From: Corallochytrium limacisporum Hawaii | Lineage: Eukaryota; Protista; Pluriformea | Direction: 5' to 3' | Length of the DNA stretch: 64,000 nucleotides | Assembly: GCA_002811645.1 (NCBI GenBank) | Contig: PDIP01000086.1 | Location: 42,133-106,132, forward strand | Shown here: positions 29,602-40,744 of the stretch, one piece after another | Position numbering within the stretch: position 1 is the first letter of the stretch | Layout of the letters: every line of letters starts with the position of its first letter | The notes under the pieces: model-generated | Database searches by the model: none | The model's input: the letters and a program-made list of their open reading frames with translations, nothing else | What the model was told of the DNA's origin: nothing | Translations under genes and position numbers: made by a program

Positions 29602-32279
29602 ATGTCGGTTGTTGCAGTTGTTGCGACTCGTAGGAGACGACGCAGCCCACATCTCCATGGCACAGCCGCAGACAATGACGATGAAGGTGACCTCGATCAC
29701 CTTCCTCTACCGGACGCATCTGCAGCTCACTATGCCGGGAATATCGACGTACATCCGGATATCATCAATACCCTGGGTGCGAAGAAGAAGCAGGAAGCGC
29801 TGATCGGTCAGTACCTCGGACGCAAAGGTGCAAGTGTACCCTGGCGGTCAGTCCTGATCACCTATAGTGATCCAAAATACTTGGCTTTCTGTCGGGTTTT
29901 TCTGAATATCTACCTGTTATTAGACAGTACAGTACTACTCTTCCTGGCACTAGGTCTGCCATCTGTACTAGAGGGTCGCTGTGACTTACGAGAGGAGTTC
30001 TACACTGTGGACTCAGAGTACGACGTGTTATGTAGCTCCATCTCTGACAATTTCGGGCTCTATGAAAAGGCTCGAGAAGCCTCACAGACGATGAAATTGA
30101 GGAAATCAATCCGGAAGTCGATTTCAATATGGAATTGCATACAGAGATTCTGTGGGGCTGTCACGAATTGCTTGACAAAAGATTCAGCATTTATCTTATG
30201 TGCATCTTCTTGGCCATCACAACTTACATCACCCTGAGTTACCTCATGTCCCTTGATCACCACGACGGGGTGGGCATGAGCATACTCGACGGTCGTATTG
30301 GCATGACCAAGCTGATGCGGAGCATCTACTACCGTCAGTGGCACTTCCATTCCTTTGTAATTTTTGTGATGTTCATGCTGACGGGCATTCTGACGTGGTT
30401 GCTACTGGAGGACGTCGATCTGTCAAGAATTTTACAAGGCACGACGGCACAGAGCTATTGCGAGCCACTACGAGGCACCAACGAAGCGTTGCAGATTCTT
30501 GCGGTCCTGAACTTTTCAGCCGGGGGTCTCCAGCTTGTTACATATGTGATGTTGTCCTGGACCAATTCGATCCACTGGCCCAAGACGCACAGGCAGATAA
30601 AAGAGGTCAAGAAGGTGTGCGAGGCTCTGGAACTGATGCCCGAGTTCAAGAAAAAGAAACTGGCTGTGGAACGTCGGTATTCGATGAAACGATTTCTGCC
30701 ATGGGTTTGGGACGGCCGCAAGGAGCCCAGCAAACCAGGTCGCAATGCCATCGTGCCCGCCGTCGGCACAGCAAAGAGGGCACTTCCAGAAGCCCCGGAA
30801 GAAGACCCTGTGCTGACCAGCAAGATGTTTAAGAAGTCATTGAGCGAAAAGTTGGGCAACGATCCACTCAATCAACAACTCCATCACTACAAGAACTGGT
30901 GTCTAGACAACTACGGTGTGGTGCCGTATGTCATCAATGAGCGATCCCTGCGAATTTTTCTGACACCGGGCTACGATCCGTCCAGTTGTTGGAAGATGAA
31001 ACTGCCTAGGCCAGCTCAGAAACAGGGATGTCAAGGTCTCAGCGAAAATTACACGGAAGTCGCCATCAAGGATGAGCCACACCTGAGCATAGACTTCACC
31101 ATGAACCAATCAGAGATTGCGCACCTGAAGGCAACAGAAGTCAGGCGTCGCAAGCGTCGGGATACTATCACGCAAGGCTACGGAGTGAAGGTGTTGAATG
31201 GTAATCGCCAGCACGGTATCCCCAAAGGAAAACTGTTTAACGTCAACTATCAGGACACCAACTACATGCGATTCGCCTTAGTGGTGCTTAATGTGGTCCT
31301 CATCTACGCGTCTAGTGTTCTGCTCTTCTTGGTGCTTGAAATTGGCAATATTGCAAACTTTGAGTGTGATATCCGATCGCAGGTGGATTCCCTCGATGCC
31401 TCCTTCAATTTTGACTGTCACCACATCAATAGGAATGCGGATCAGGTCTTTAAAGAGGTTGGTGAGGATGCCGAGCATACCTTTGATTTCCGGAGGCAGT
31501 ACCAGGAGTTCATCTGGCGCTGCGATGACATGCAGGACCGTTCCAACTTCATTTACATCATCGCCGTGATCCTTCTGCTTAGTGTTATTCTGTGCTTTTA
31601 CCTTGAACAAAAAATTGAAATTGGTCTGCGCTTCTCCGATTCCATCCGCGCGGGCAACCTGACAGTGCCAAACCTTTTGGAAGCAATGAGCTACAGATGG
31701 AATCACCACCATATTTTCGTCGCCCTGCTGTGCCTGTTGCTTTGTTTCATCTGCGGCGTTGTCACCCAAAGCCAGATCACCATCGAATCCGAAGGAACCG
31801 TGGCCGAGCATTGCAATAATATCTACGGCTACGAGTATGCCCTTGCGATTGTCATTCACTTTAGCTGGATCGCGGCGATTGGTATCGTTGGTAGTTACCT
31901 GCTCATGCGCTACGTCGGGGAGATCAAGGCTGTTCGTCAACGCAAGGAGGCCTCTTCCTTGGTCAAACTGCTTACTGCCATGCACCTGGAGAACGAATAC
32001 GACATTGACATGAACCTGCGGTCCTGCATGGGCCTGCGACCAATCAAGGTACCCCACAGTTTGCGTCGGATCTCGCCAAGTGAAGACATCTTTTACCGCC
32101 ACTTGCTCCTGCACCAGGCACGGATGATTGATCTATACGATCTGGATGTCTTTGAGCTCACTGGTAAGCACATTCGCGTCTTCGTGCCAGATGACTATGA
32201 CCCGCCCAGCGGCGACGCGGACGTTCGCTTCCATATCACAAAACACAAGTACTTGCCAGTGCGTTGGTTAAATAGATAA
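29602..32279 (+). CDS. Unknown membrane protein of two tandem 4-TM modules; one frame break near 30063-30090
   Basis: ORF 29602-30237 and ORF 30129-32279 join into one protein. Internal duplication: YSDPKYLAFCRVFLNIYLLLDSTVLLFLALG vs YQDTNYMRFALVVLNVVLIYASSVLLFLVLE; LRIFLTPGYDP vs IRVFVPDDYDP. Confidence 0.75.
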
Positions 32280-32388
32280 ATTGATACTCTCGTGTCATTC
32301 TGTGAGTATTCAAGAGACGAACTAAACTTACAGACTCCTACTGATAACAAGTTGTACCACAATCAGCACACTCGTTACTTGTTCTCAC

Positions 32389-32588
32389 TTCAAAGCGCAT
32401 CCGTCTGTGATCAGACCTGCAGATCGCGAAAAATAAGGCCCTGGATTTCCCTGGCCACTTTCTCATAGTTTGCGCGCGAATGGTTTAAGTCCCAACCGGA
32501 GGGTTATTATTACGAGTTTGGTCGACAGCAACCATCCCCTCTCCTCGGCCCGAAATGTGAGGACTTACGCCAGCTACTTCAAAACGCC
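32389..32588. promoter_or_regulatory. E2F-like and CHR-like motifs upstream of the EME1-like gene
   Basis: TTCAAA (32389), CGCGAAAA (32425), TTTGCGCGCGAA (32469), TTCAAAACGCC (32578). Confidence 0.35.
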
Positions 32589-32652
32589 ATGCAAACTGGG
32601 CAGAACGCAGTGAGATCCCAATGTATATGCAAAATAACAAGCATTGCCTCTT

Positions 32653-33678
32653 ATGAACACAATCGCAAATGTGTCTGCTGTAGTGAGAATGCCAATTGCG
32701 ACGGTGCATGAGACCATCTCAACCACCAGTTTTCTCCGACGCACCAAGAAACCAGTCGATCTATTCCACCGGGTTACGTGCAAATGCACAGAAGACTTTT
32801 TTTTCCACCTGGAGAGTCAGGCGGACTCTTGGTCACTTTTCAAAGAAAGATTACTAACTTCAAGGCAAAAGGGACACTTTTCTTTCCATGTATGTATACA
32901 AAAAAACTCGAACGCTTTCGACTTCCCGTACATGGTGATTGAAGGGCCCCATAATGAAGGTCGTCACAACGAAACGGATCGATGTGCCGTCAGTAATGAA
33001 ACACACATCATTTGTAAAGTAAATGGTAAGGATTTTATTAGACATGTCACAAAGTACGAACAGAACCCTACTGCCTACTGGCCAGGGTACATTAACACTT
33101 TCCGACAGCATTTTTCGGAAGGCATGGTAATCCACTGGTTCGTGGTCGACGTCTTTCCTTTGGTTGAAGTCCGCAAACGGAAACCCACACTGGGAATGAT
33201 CGGAGTCGAAACCTTCGATAAGTTCCAGGCTATGAACGCGTTATTAGCACCGTGTCACGTTCGGTTCCGTTTCCTCTCAGCCACTCCTGAGGACTTGGTC
33301 GAAGCAACCTTCAGTGCCATTCGCCAGGTTGGCTACAGTGGAGGCAGTGAGCATCTGCTGCGGAAGCGATTGGGCTTCGATCCTGTGGTTCAGTCAGCAG
33401 CTTTGTCGTCTGGCCACCGTACTAAACCTTTGTTGGCCAAGATGCTCATGACTGTGTCAGGCATTTCAGTGGACATGGGAATAGTGATCAGCTCTTCGTT
33501 TCATAATTCGCCCGCGACTCTGCTAGATCGATTGGCCCTGTGCGGTAAGGAGGCTGTTATGGACGACATTGCGGTCCTCAGACGCACAACAGGTTCAAAG
33601 CAGGCAATAGGCCACGCGGTCGCAAAGCGGATTGTGCAAGTCTTCGCAGAAATAGATGGTTCCTTGGCTGTGTCATGA
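32653..33678 (+). CDS. EME1: EME1/Mms4-like non-catalytic partner of MUS81 (degenerate ERCC4 + HhH2)
   Basis: C-terminal LAKMLMTVSGISVDMGIVISSSFHNSPATLL...DIAVLRRTTGSKQAIGHAVAKRIVQVF resembles the EME1/MUS81 HhH2; no ERKxxxD catalytic motif. Confidence 0.65.
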   Translation: MNTIANVSAVVRMPIATVHETISTTSFLRRTKKPVDLFHRVTCKCTEDFFFHLESQADSWSLFKERLLTSRQKGHFSFHVCIQKNSNAFDFPYMVIEGPHNEGRHNETDRCAVSNETHIICKVNGKDFIRHVTKYEQNPTAYWPGYINTFRQHFSEGMVIHWFVVDVFPLVEVRKRKPTLGMIGVETFDKFQAMNALLAPCHVRFRFLSATPEDLVEATFSAIRQVGYSGGSEHLLRKRLGFDPVVQSAALSSGHRTKPLLAKMLMTVSGISVDMGIVISSSFHNSPATLLDRLALCGKEAVMDDIAVLRRTTGSKQAIGHAVAKRIVQVFAEIDGSLAVS

Positions 33679-33753
33679 TCGGCAATAATCTACATCACTG
33701 TGCGGAAAAAATGTTACAATTAGCTGAGGCCTGTAAATACAACGAGGACTTAT

Positions 33754-36700
33754 CTATAACTGTGTCTGGACGAGGGATGAGAAAATAGTACTCTCGTCAT
33801 TAAGCAAATTGGTAGGTGAATCGAATTCCATGCGCTTTCCTGAATCCATGACGAGAATCTTTCCGTAGTCCATGATTGTGTTCAAGCGGTGGGCAATGGT
33901 AACCACCGTGTAGCCTTGGAATGCGGACCGCACGATGCGCTGGATCTCTTCGTCTGTCTGACTGTCGACCGACGCCGTGGCTTCATCCATGACCAAAATT
34001 TTGGCTTTCTTATTGAGGATAGCACGGGCGAGACAGAAGAGTTGCTTCTGCCCCTGGGAAAAGTTATCCCCGTCCTCAGCAATTTCAGCCGACAGACCAC
34101 CGTCCAATTCCTGCACAACCTTCGTCAATTGTGCCAGCTCCAAAGCCCCCCACAGGTCCGCATCAGAGTACTGGTCTACCGGGTCGAGGTTGTAGCGAAT
34201 TGTTCCCAAAAACAGTACCGGGTCTTGTGGAATGATGGCCATGCGACTGCGCAAAGTAGTGAGAGATACGGACGCTGTATCGATACCATCAATGTACACA
34301 CTGCCTCGGATCTTGTAGAGCATGCGGTACAGAGCCAGTGTTATGGTGGACTTGCCACTGCCCGTTCGACCACAGATGCCCACACGCTCGCCTTCTTCAA
34401 AGGTCACACTTAGGTCCTTGACTGCTGGTGGTAATTCTTTCTTGTAGGTGAAGGAGGCGTCAGTGAATGTAATCTCTCCTCTGGAAGGCCAGTCTTCTGG
34501 AGGAACGACTTCCGCGTCCTCGTCAGCCTCTTCCATCTCCAGATGCTTTGTGTAAAAATTAATGCGCTCCACACTGTTCAGGTTCATTTCCGTGTCCGCT
34601 AGGGCGCGCACAAGCCAATTGAGAATGCCCGTGACGCTGAGAATGTAGGACAGGGCCAGGCCGGCCTGGCCAGAGGGAATGGCTTTGGCATCAATAATCA
34701 TCGCCGTGGCAGCACCGAATGTGATCAGCGAACCCAAACAGTCAAGTCGAACACCGAGCCAGCGGTTGGCAGCATTGAGGAAATTATAGGCCACAATGTT
34801 GGTGTCACACTTGTTTTCAAAATTCTCACGAGCCATGGCTACTTGTCCATAAGCACGGATGGAGGCTAAACCGTCCAGAGTCTCAGACAAATGTGCATAT
34901 ATCGGGCTGCGTGTTATGGAATCGATCCGTTGCATCTCACGAGCGGCGGCGCGGAAATAGTTCTGCACGAAGTAGTAAAGGACACCGAGGGGCACCACAG
35001 GTACGACAAACCACGGAGAAACGACCACTTGTAACATAATGGACGCAGTAATCTGCAACAGCAGACTAAACAGCTGCCCCATGTTGCCCACTAAGCGCTG
35101 GTCTACAGTGTTCATGTCTGAACTGAAGCGGTTAAGAATCCGTCCGGTCGGCGTGGAATTGAAGAAGGACATTGGTGCACGCACCACAGTTTCCAGCATC
35201 CATTTGTGCAGGCGACGAGAGCCAACCTGAGTCACCGCAGCAGCCAACAGAGCCTGTGTGAGTGTGAGAGAGAGACTGATACCAGTCAGCGCCGCGTAGC
35301 CTTTGAGATAGTACCAAACGTCCGCATCCTTTCCTGCACTGCTCCACATGCTCAGCCAAGTATCAGTCGCGACCTGCATGGAACGCGTGAGGATGTAGTT
35401 CAGCAGAGTGAGTATGGCGAGGCTAATACCGACAGCCTGAGCGTAGTTGTAATAAACCGCAAGAGACACAGCACCAGTAGCACGCTCCTCTTCATCTACG
35501 AGCTTTCCGGTTTCCTTTCGGCGCTTACGGTCAGCAGCGTCCTCGTGGATCTGTCCCGCTCCATCTTTGCCTAGCAGATCGCCTTCAGACTTGCGGCGCA
35601 TGCGTTGTATCTCTCGCATGGTGTTGCGGCGACTACGACGGACGACACGCTCACTGCGGTATCCGGAGAGGCGTGTAGATGCGATAGAGTCCATGTTCAT
35701 ATGCTGCTCATTGTCTTCATTGTGGTCTTCCTGTTCATCGTCAGGAAATTCGCCAAGGATTTCATCGCCGTCGATGATTCCAGAATTTTCGTCTCCGCTT
35801 AGCTCGTCCGCGGAAGACCTGTCGCTCTCCTTCAGACCGAGATACTGCGCAAACTTGCCGCCACATTGATCAAACAGTTCCTTGAGAGAGCCTGTGAAAT
35901 GCGTGGTCTTCTTCGACAAGTGAATTACGTACTGTGCAGAAGGAATGCACCAGGTCTGATGTGTGGCCAAAACGACCGTTTTGTGCTTGCGGATCAATCC
36001 AAGTACAGCCTCCTGAAATATGTGCTTTCCGACATGGGCATCCAAGGCGCTCAAGATGTCATCGAAGAGATACACTTCGGCATCAAAGTACAAGGCTCGG
36101 GCTACCGCAATGCGACTCTTCTGCCCGCCAGACAGATTAATTCCCTTTTCTCCGATCTCTGTCTCGTCGCCAGCGGACAGAATCTCCAGATCAGTCCGCA
36201 TACCACTGTCGTCTAGAACGCGTTCGTACTTTTCGTGGTCAAAAGGCAGACCATACGTAATGTTCTCGCGCACTGTGGCGTTGAAAATCCATGCCTTTTG
36301 GCTCACGTACGCCACTCGACGACCCTTGAGCGGCAGATAGCGATCCCGTACCAAGTTGCCGTCTTCGGTAAATTGGTTCATCTCTCCAAGCAAAGTGTAG
36401 AGCAACGAACTCTTGCCAGATCCGACCTTTCCAGAGACCACTGTCAGCTTGCCTTCGGGGATTTCCATTTGCAGATTCCGCAACACCACACTAGTAGCGG
36501 TGGTGCCCCACCCGAAGTTTAAACTATCGTATTTGATGGATGTTCCAGTACGTTGCTGGCGATGCTGAGGGCTCTGAGATTGTCTAGAATACCGGGAGGA
36601 AGGAGAGGCGCTACCATTGGCACCGGCGGATTCGACTGGAGCATTCAAGTATGCCTCTTGAACCGACAAGTCCAATTCTTCAGCTAATAGAAACTCGCCT

Positions 36701-38655
36701 ACACGCTTGGCACTAACATTGGCGTCCAGAATGGTACGGAACATCATCGGAAGAGCAACAAGAGGCACACGAAGCAAACCGAACAAGGACAAGGCAGTGA
36801 AGGCCTTCTGTGGTGTTAAGGGCTGGTGATCGATCAGCACAAAGGCCGCAAAGGAAAGGAAGGTCATTAGAGGCGGTCCAGCCTGGAACAGAAACGAGTT
36901 GACAGCATTAAGAAGCGAATTGAAAAGCAAGTAGTGAAGTTCACGGCTTCGAGTGGCTGTGATGTTGTCGGACAGAGGTTTCTCCCAGGCCTGGAATTTG
37001 ACAATCTTAATTCCCTGCAGGATCTCGTTGGTCAGCTTCAAGCGGTGGTCTGTTACCTCCAAGGTTTTCTTCTGAATCTTGGACATGCCACGTGCAATTA
37101 TGGCCTGCAGCGGTGTCAGCAGCAGCATGGCAGCGATGCCAAAGAGTGCACCTTTGCCAATGCGGGTTGTGAGAAGAAGGACGGTAATGAGAATCTGCAG
37201 CGGGGAGGCCCAGAGGTAATTCACAAAGTAGAAGAAGAACATTATCTTAGTGACATCTGTCGACATGTGGTTGGTAATCTGGCCCGTGCTGAACTGGCTG
37301 CCCTTAACATACAAGGGAAGCCTGAGCGTTTTCAAGTATATCAGATTCTGCAACCCAACCTTCTGCCTTGTGCCTTCACGAATTACCAAGTGGTGATGAT
37401 ACTGCATGAACGTGTTCTGCAGCACACCTGCGCAAAGCATGGTGAAGGCCAACATGTATCCGCTCTGGTACAAATCACTAAAAGTCATATCAGCGGCCAC
37501 ATGATCGTGATGAACCTTGTACCCAGAGGGCGGGTGGATGGTTTTATGGTCGCCATTCTGGATGGCGACCATTGCACTGATGACCTGACCAACCAGCAAA
37601 GGGTTCACAAAGCCTAGTAGGTCCGCAGTGAGTTTGCAAAAGGCACTCAAGGCTAGTGCCTGCCACCCATTTCGCATAACGACCTTTAAGACAGAAGGAG
37701 GTCTGTTTGGATTGGCGTTCTTACCCCGTGCTTCCTCCCACCGCACTTCCAATTCATTTGTGACCTGGCGGGAACTATCGTATGGTGCACTGCGCCCGAG
37801 ATCCTCGCTCTCGAGGAAGTGATCGTTACCTTTCGACATGATCGGTTGGATCCACAGATAGTACACCTTGGACCAAAGAGATGAAAAATCATGTAAGTAC
37901 TCCAACTTTTTTAGGTCTTGCTTCTCTTCATCATCGTCGTCGATATCCCCTACGGCCCTGTAGTTACCCAGGGTATCCGTGGCAGAGAGCTCGCATTGGA
38001 TAGCGCATTGAATGCGCTCCTTGTATGTCTTACGGTTTGAGAGCAAGTTAATGAGGTCATAAATATCAATGCATGTTAACAGAGTGAAACCAATTACCTC
38101 CAAGCCGACGATTGTCGACAACACGCCGTATTGGCAGGGTTGCAAGATGGTCTTTCCGAGGTAGACAAGGTGGCTAAGGTTTTCCAGTACAACGCCTACA
38201 GCGGTCAGTCCGTGGAAAGGTAGAACGGCCAGTAATCCCCAGAGATGTAAGGTTTGTTCGCAGCCTATTGTGTAGGCCATGGCGTAGATCACGAATACAA
38301 TCCGCGTTCCCTGTAGTCCAAAGGTCCATGGACTAACATTAACTGCATTGTCCGCTGTTTGCAGGACCAAGAGGGCGATCAAGTGCACGATCAGCATAAT
38401 TACCATTAAAGCACCCGTGATATGCCTCACATTGTGAGTGGACATCATGATTGGCAATGGTTTCTGTTCTCGTTTGCTCCAGTCCACAGTTCGGCCAACC
38501 ATCCGGACGTGTAAAGGCACCAAGACAAGGAGGGCCCACACGATCGCTGACCAGCCGATCAGGTGCTGGATCCCAAACGGAAGGTAGTCACTTAAGCCCA
38601 TGGGTTCCATCTCGACCAGGGGTCGGGCTATGTGGGCCGTCAAGTGACTATTCAT
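33754..38655 (-). CDS. Long ABCC transporter with TMD0, sulfonylurea-receptor-like (ABCC8/9-like)
   Basis: NBD1 GKVGSGKSS, GEKGINLSGGQ, YLFDD; NBD2 GRTGSGKS, FSQGQ, VMDEATASVD, TIAHRL; TMD0 HNVRHI and L0 YLHDFSSLWSKVYYLWI resemble SUR; acidic NBD1-TMD2 linker. Confidence 0.9.
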   Translation of the reverse strand: MNSHLTAHIARPLVEMEPMGLSDYLPFGIQHLIGWSAIVWALLVLVPLHVRMVGRTVDWSKREQKPLPIMMSTHNVRHITGALMVIMLIVHLIALLVLQTADNAVNVSPWTFGLQGTRIVFVIYAMAYTIGCEQTLHLWGLLAVLPFHGLTAVGVVLENLSHLVYLGKTILQPCQYGVLSTIVGLEVIGFTLLTCIDIYDLINLLSNRKTYKERIQCAIQCELSATDTLGNYRAVGDIDDDDEEKQDLKKLEYLHDFSSLWSKVYYLWIQPIMSKGNDHFLESEDLGRSAPYDSSRQVTNELEVRWEEARGKNANPNRPPSVLKVVMRNGWQALALSAFCKLTADLLGFVNPLLVGQVISAMVAIQNGDHKTIHPPSGYKVHHDHVAADMTFSDLYQSGYMLAFTMLCAGVLQNTFMQYHHHLVIREGTRQKVGLQNLIYLKTLRLPLYVKGSQFSTGQITNHMSTDVTKIMFFFYFVNYLWASPLQILITVLLLTTRIGKGALFGIAAMLLLTPLQAIIARGMSKIQKKTLEVTDHRLKLTNEILQGIKIVKFQAWEKPLSDNITATRSRELHYLLFNSLLNAVNSFLFQAGPPLMTFLSFAAFVLIDHQPLTPQKAFTALSLFGLLRVPLVALPMMFRTILDANVSAKRVGEFLLAEELDLSVQEAYLNAPVESAGANGSASPSSRYSRQSQSPQHRQQRTGTSIKYDSLNFGWGTTATSVVLRNLQMEIPEGKLTVVSGKVGSGKSSLLYTLLGEMNQFTEDGNLVRDRYLPLKGRRVAYVSQKAWIFNATVRENITYGLPFDHEKYERVLDDSGMRTDLEILSAGDETEIGEKGINLSGGQKSRIAVARALYFDAEVYLFDDILSALDAHVGKHIFQEAVLGLIRKHKTVVLATHQTWCIPSAQYVIHLSKKTTHFTGSLKELFDQCGGKFAQYLGLKESDRSSADELSGDENSGIIDGDEILGEFPDDEQEDHNEDNEQHMNMDSIASTRLSGYRSERVVRRSRRNTMREIQRMRRKSEGDLLGKDGAGQIHEDAADRKRRKETGKLVDEEERATGAVSLAVYYNYAQAVGISLAILTLLNYILTRSMQVATDTWLSMWSSAGKDADVWYYLKGYAALTGISLSLTLTQALLAAAVTQVGSRRLHKWMLETVVRAPMSFFNSTPTGRILNRFSSDMNTVDQRLVGNMGQLFSLLLQITASIMLQVVVSPWFVVPVVPLGVLYYFVQNYFRAAAREMQRIDSITRSPIYAHLSETLDGLASIRAYGQVAMARENFENKCDTNIVAYNFLNAANRWLGVRLDCLGSLITFGAATAMIIDAKAIPSGQAGLALSYILSVTGILNWLVRALADTEMNLNSVERINFYTKHLEMEEADEDAEVVPPEDWPSRGEITFTDASFTYKKELPPAVKDLSVTFEEGERVGICGRTGSGKSTITLALYRMLYKIRGSVYIDGIDTASVSLTTLRSRMAIIPQDPVLFLGTIRYNLDPVDQYSDADLWGALELAQLTKVVQELDGGLSAEIAEDGDNFSQGQKQLFCLARAILNKKAKILVMDEATASVDSQTDEEIQRIVRSAFQGYTVVTIAHRLNTIMDYGKILVMDSGKRMEFDSPTNLLNDESTIFSSLVQTQL

Positions 38656-39613
38656 TGGTAAGTCTTTCAGAATACGCCACGCTACACGAGACTAAGATGC
38701 CCTCAAAGCAGCTATCTCATTCAATCCCGACCGCGATCTCATATACAGTGAATCCGCATTTTGTAGCTGAGAGTGCTCGCGTCCTTACAAATCGACAAAG
38801 AGAGCACGATGGGTCTTCTGAATGGCTCCTGCTTCGGTAAGAATCGAGCGGCAATTCAACCGCACACGGTATGGCTCAGTACAAGACTCACATGCAACTG
38901 TTCGCCGGTAGTTGTCACAAACTCTGCCGCGACTCAGACTATCCGGACCGGGGGGATCTTCTCCTCACCCTTGCCTTCCCAGGCGGGACACAAGGGAGGG
39001 TTTCTATTGTGATTAGGATTTTTGGATCGTGGAGCTATGATACACAACTGGCAACAAATTCGCCACTGACTATTGAGCATGCTGCTGGTGGGGAGGCGGA
39101 CTGTAGTGTCTGTCGTCACTGTTTGGAAAAGCATTTTTGAGGGTGGTTGACACACCCCAAAATTGCACTCGACTTTCAAATCTCGCTCCGTACGCCTCCA
39201 TAGTAGTATCAGATATTAGATGAAATGGTGGCGGCGGTTTGCGACTTTGAAAGCTGGTGGAGGCGATAGGGGAAACCAACGGGGATATTGCGCCATTCTT
39301 CTTGTTCCTCTGAGGACCTCTGCCAAACGGGCCGGGAGTGCGGCGAACCGGAAGGTCCGGGAGCTGAGTTTGAGATTGAGATGACGGCAGTATCATACAA
39401 AATGGAGGTCGATGTTGCTCAATGGAAGAAACGTAACCAAAAGATTCTGTGCCCTCTAAGCTGACCTCACACTAGCCGATGAGAGAATGAAGGGTCCGCT
39501 GATGTCTCTGGTGCTTGTGATAAAGAACTTCTGTATTCGAAATGGATGCATCTTCCAGTGAGTAAAGACGGCATGCGATGCACATGGAAGGCTGCTGGTT
39601 GTCGGTTGCGAGC

Positions 39614-40744
39614 CTATTGTCCAGAATGCCCAGAGGCGCTCGCAAGGCTCCCTTGAGATCCAAACCGACCCTTGAGTAGGCCAATTGGACCTCTCCGGGG
39701 CGTCGTGCGGGCGGATGGCCGGTCGCCCCGCGGTGAACTCACGCCTCCGAGTGGTGGCACACGTTGACTTGGTGACATGGGTGCTTGATGATGCAGTCCC
39801 ATGTTATCAAAATCGGAGCCGATGGAGGTCATACTGTCTGCACGACGCACACTGGGTCCTTCCCGTGGTGACGGCAATGGGCTCGGTGCCGTAGTGGGCA
39901 TCGGCAGGAACATCTTTGTGACACGCTCAACTTCAGAGTTCCAGTGTGGACTGCAGAGAGTGTGGACGGCAGGAACTTGCACCGAATTCTTCTCGACATA
40001 CATACCGCGAAGATAGTAGCACTTAAAGAACGGGCCACCACAGAAACTGCAGCTCTTGGCGGTGCGTAAATAGTCAGAAACTTCCGAAGGGATCCGCTCA
40101 TTGTCGTCCCAGACCGAATGGCGTATGAGGTAGCGAGATACAACCTCCTGTAGGGTCAAGAATACGGGATCCTCGAATTCAAAGTGATCAACCAAAGGAT
40201 TGTGTCTCACATTCAATCTCCGCAGCTTCTTCAGTTTTGCTACCTCTGCTGGAATATAAGGGAGTTGATTGCGAGAGACATTGAGGCTTTCTAGACTGCT
40301 GCAGAAGCCCAGCTCCCGGGGGACTTCTTTAAGTTTGTTGCGATTCAATGTTAAGGTTTTCAATTTCGACAGTCTACCAATAGATGCAGGTACCCGTATC
40401 AGCTCATTATTATCCATATGTAGAGATTCAAGCTTGCACAGATCACCAATGGCTTCTGGGATCTCCTTCAGCTTGTTGTTCGACAAAACAAGCGTTGTGA
40501 CCTCGGAAAGCAACCCAATGGTCGGAATCTCTTGAATTTCGTTGCAACAGGCGATAAATTTCTTCACCTCATGTTGGATCCGCAGAAAGTCTGGTGAAAT
40601 GGTGTTGATGTTCTTAGAGCACAACGAAACCGTAGTTCCTTGTATGTCTCGGTTATCGAGCAAATCCGAGAGATAAAGCGGTCTTCCGTCCTTGTTCACG
40701 CCAACCACAAACGTGCTGGGTTCACCACTGACGGCATTACCCAT
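39614..40744 (-). CDS. LRR protein, LRRC58/LRRC28-like (LRRs + BC-box-like helix + Cys cluster); N-myristoylation-type start
   Basis: MGNAVS start; about 6 LxxLxLxxNxL repeats; LTLQEVVSRYL...IPSEVSDYLRTAKSCSFCGGPFF...LCSPHW. Confidence 0.75.
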   Translation of the reverse strand: MGNAVSGEPSTFVVGVNKDGRPLYLSDLLDNRDIQGTTVSLCSKNINTISPDFLRIQHEVKKFIACCNEIQEIPTIGLLSEVTTLVLSNNKLKEIPEAIGDLCKLESLHMDNNELIRVPASIGRLSKLKTLTLNRNKLKEVPRELGFCSSLESLNVSRNQLPYIPAEVAKLKKLRRLNVRHNPLVDHFEFEDPVFLTLQEVVSRYLIRHSVWDDNERIPSEVSDYLRTAKSCSFCGGPFFKCYYLRGMYVEKNSVQVPAVHTLCSPHWNSEVERVTKMFLPMPTTAPSPLPSPREGPSVRRADSMTSIGSDFDNMGLHHQAPMSPSQRVPPLGGVSSPRGDRPSARTTPRRGPIGLLKGRFGSQGSLASASGHSGQ

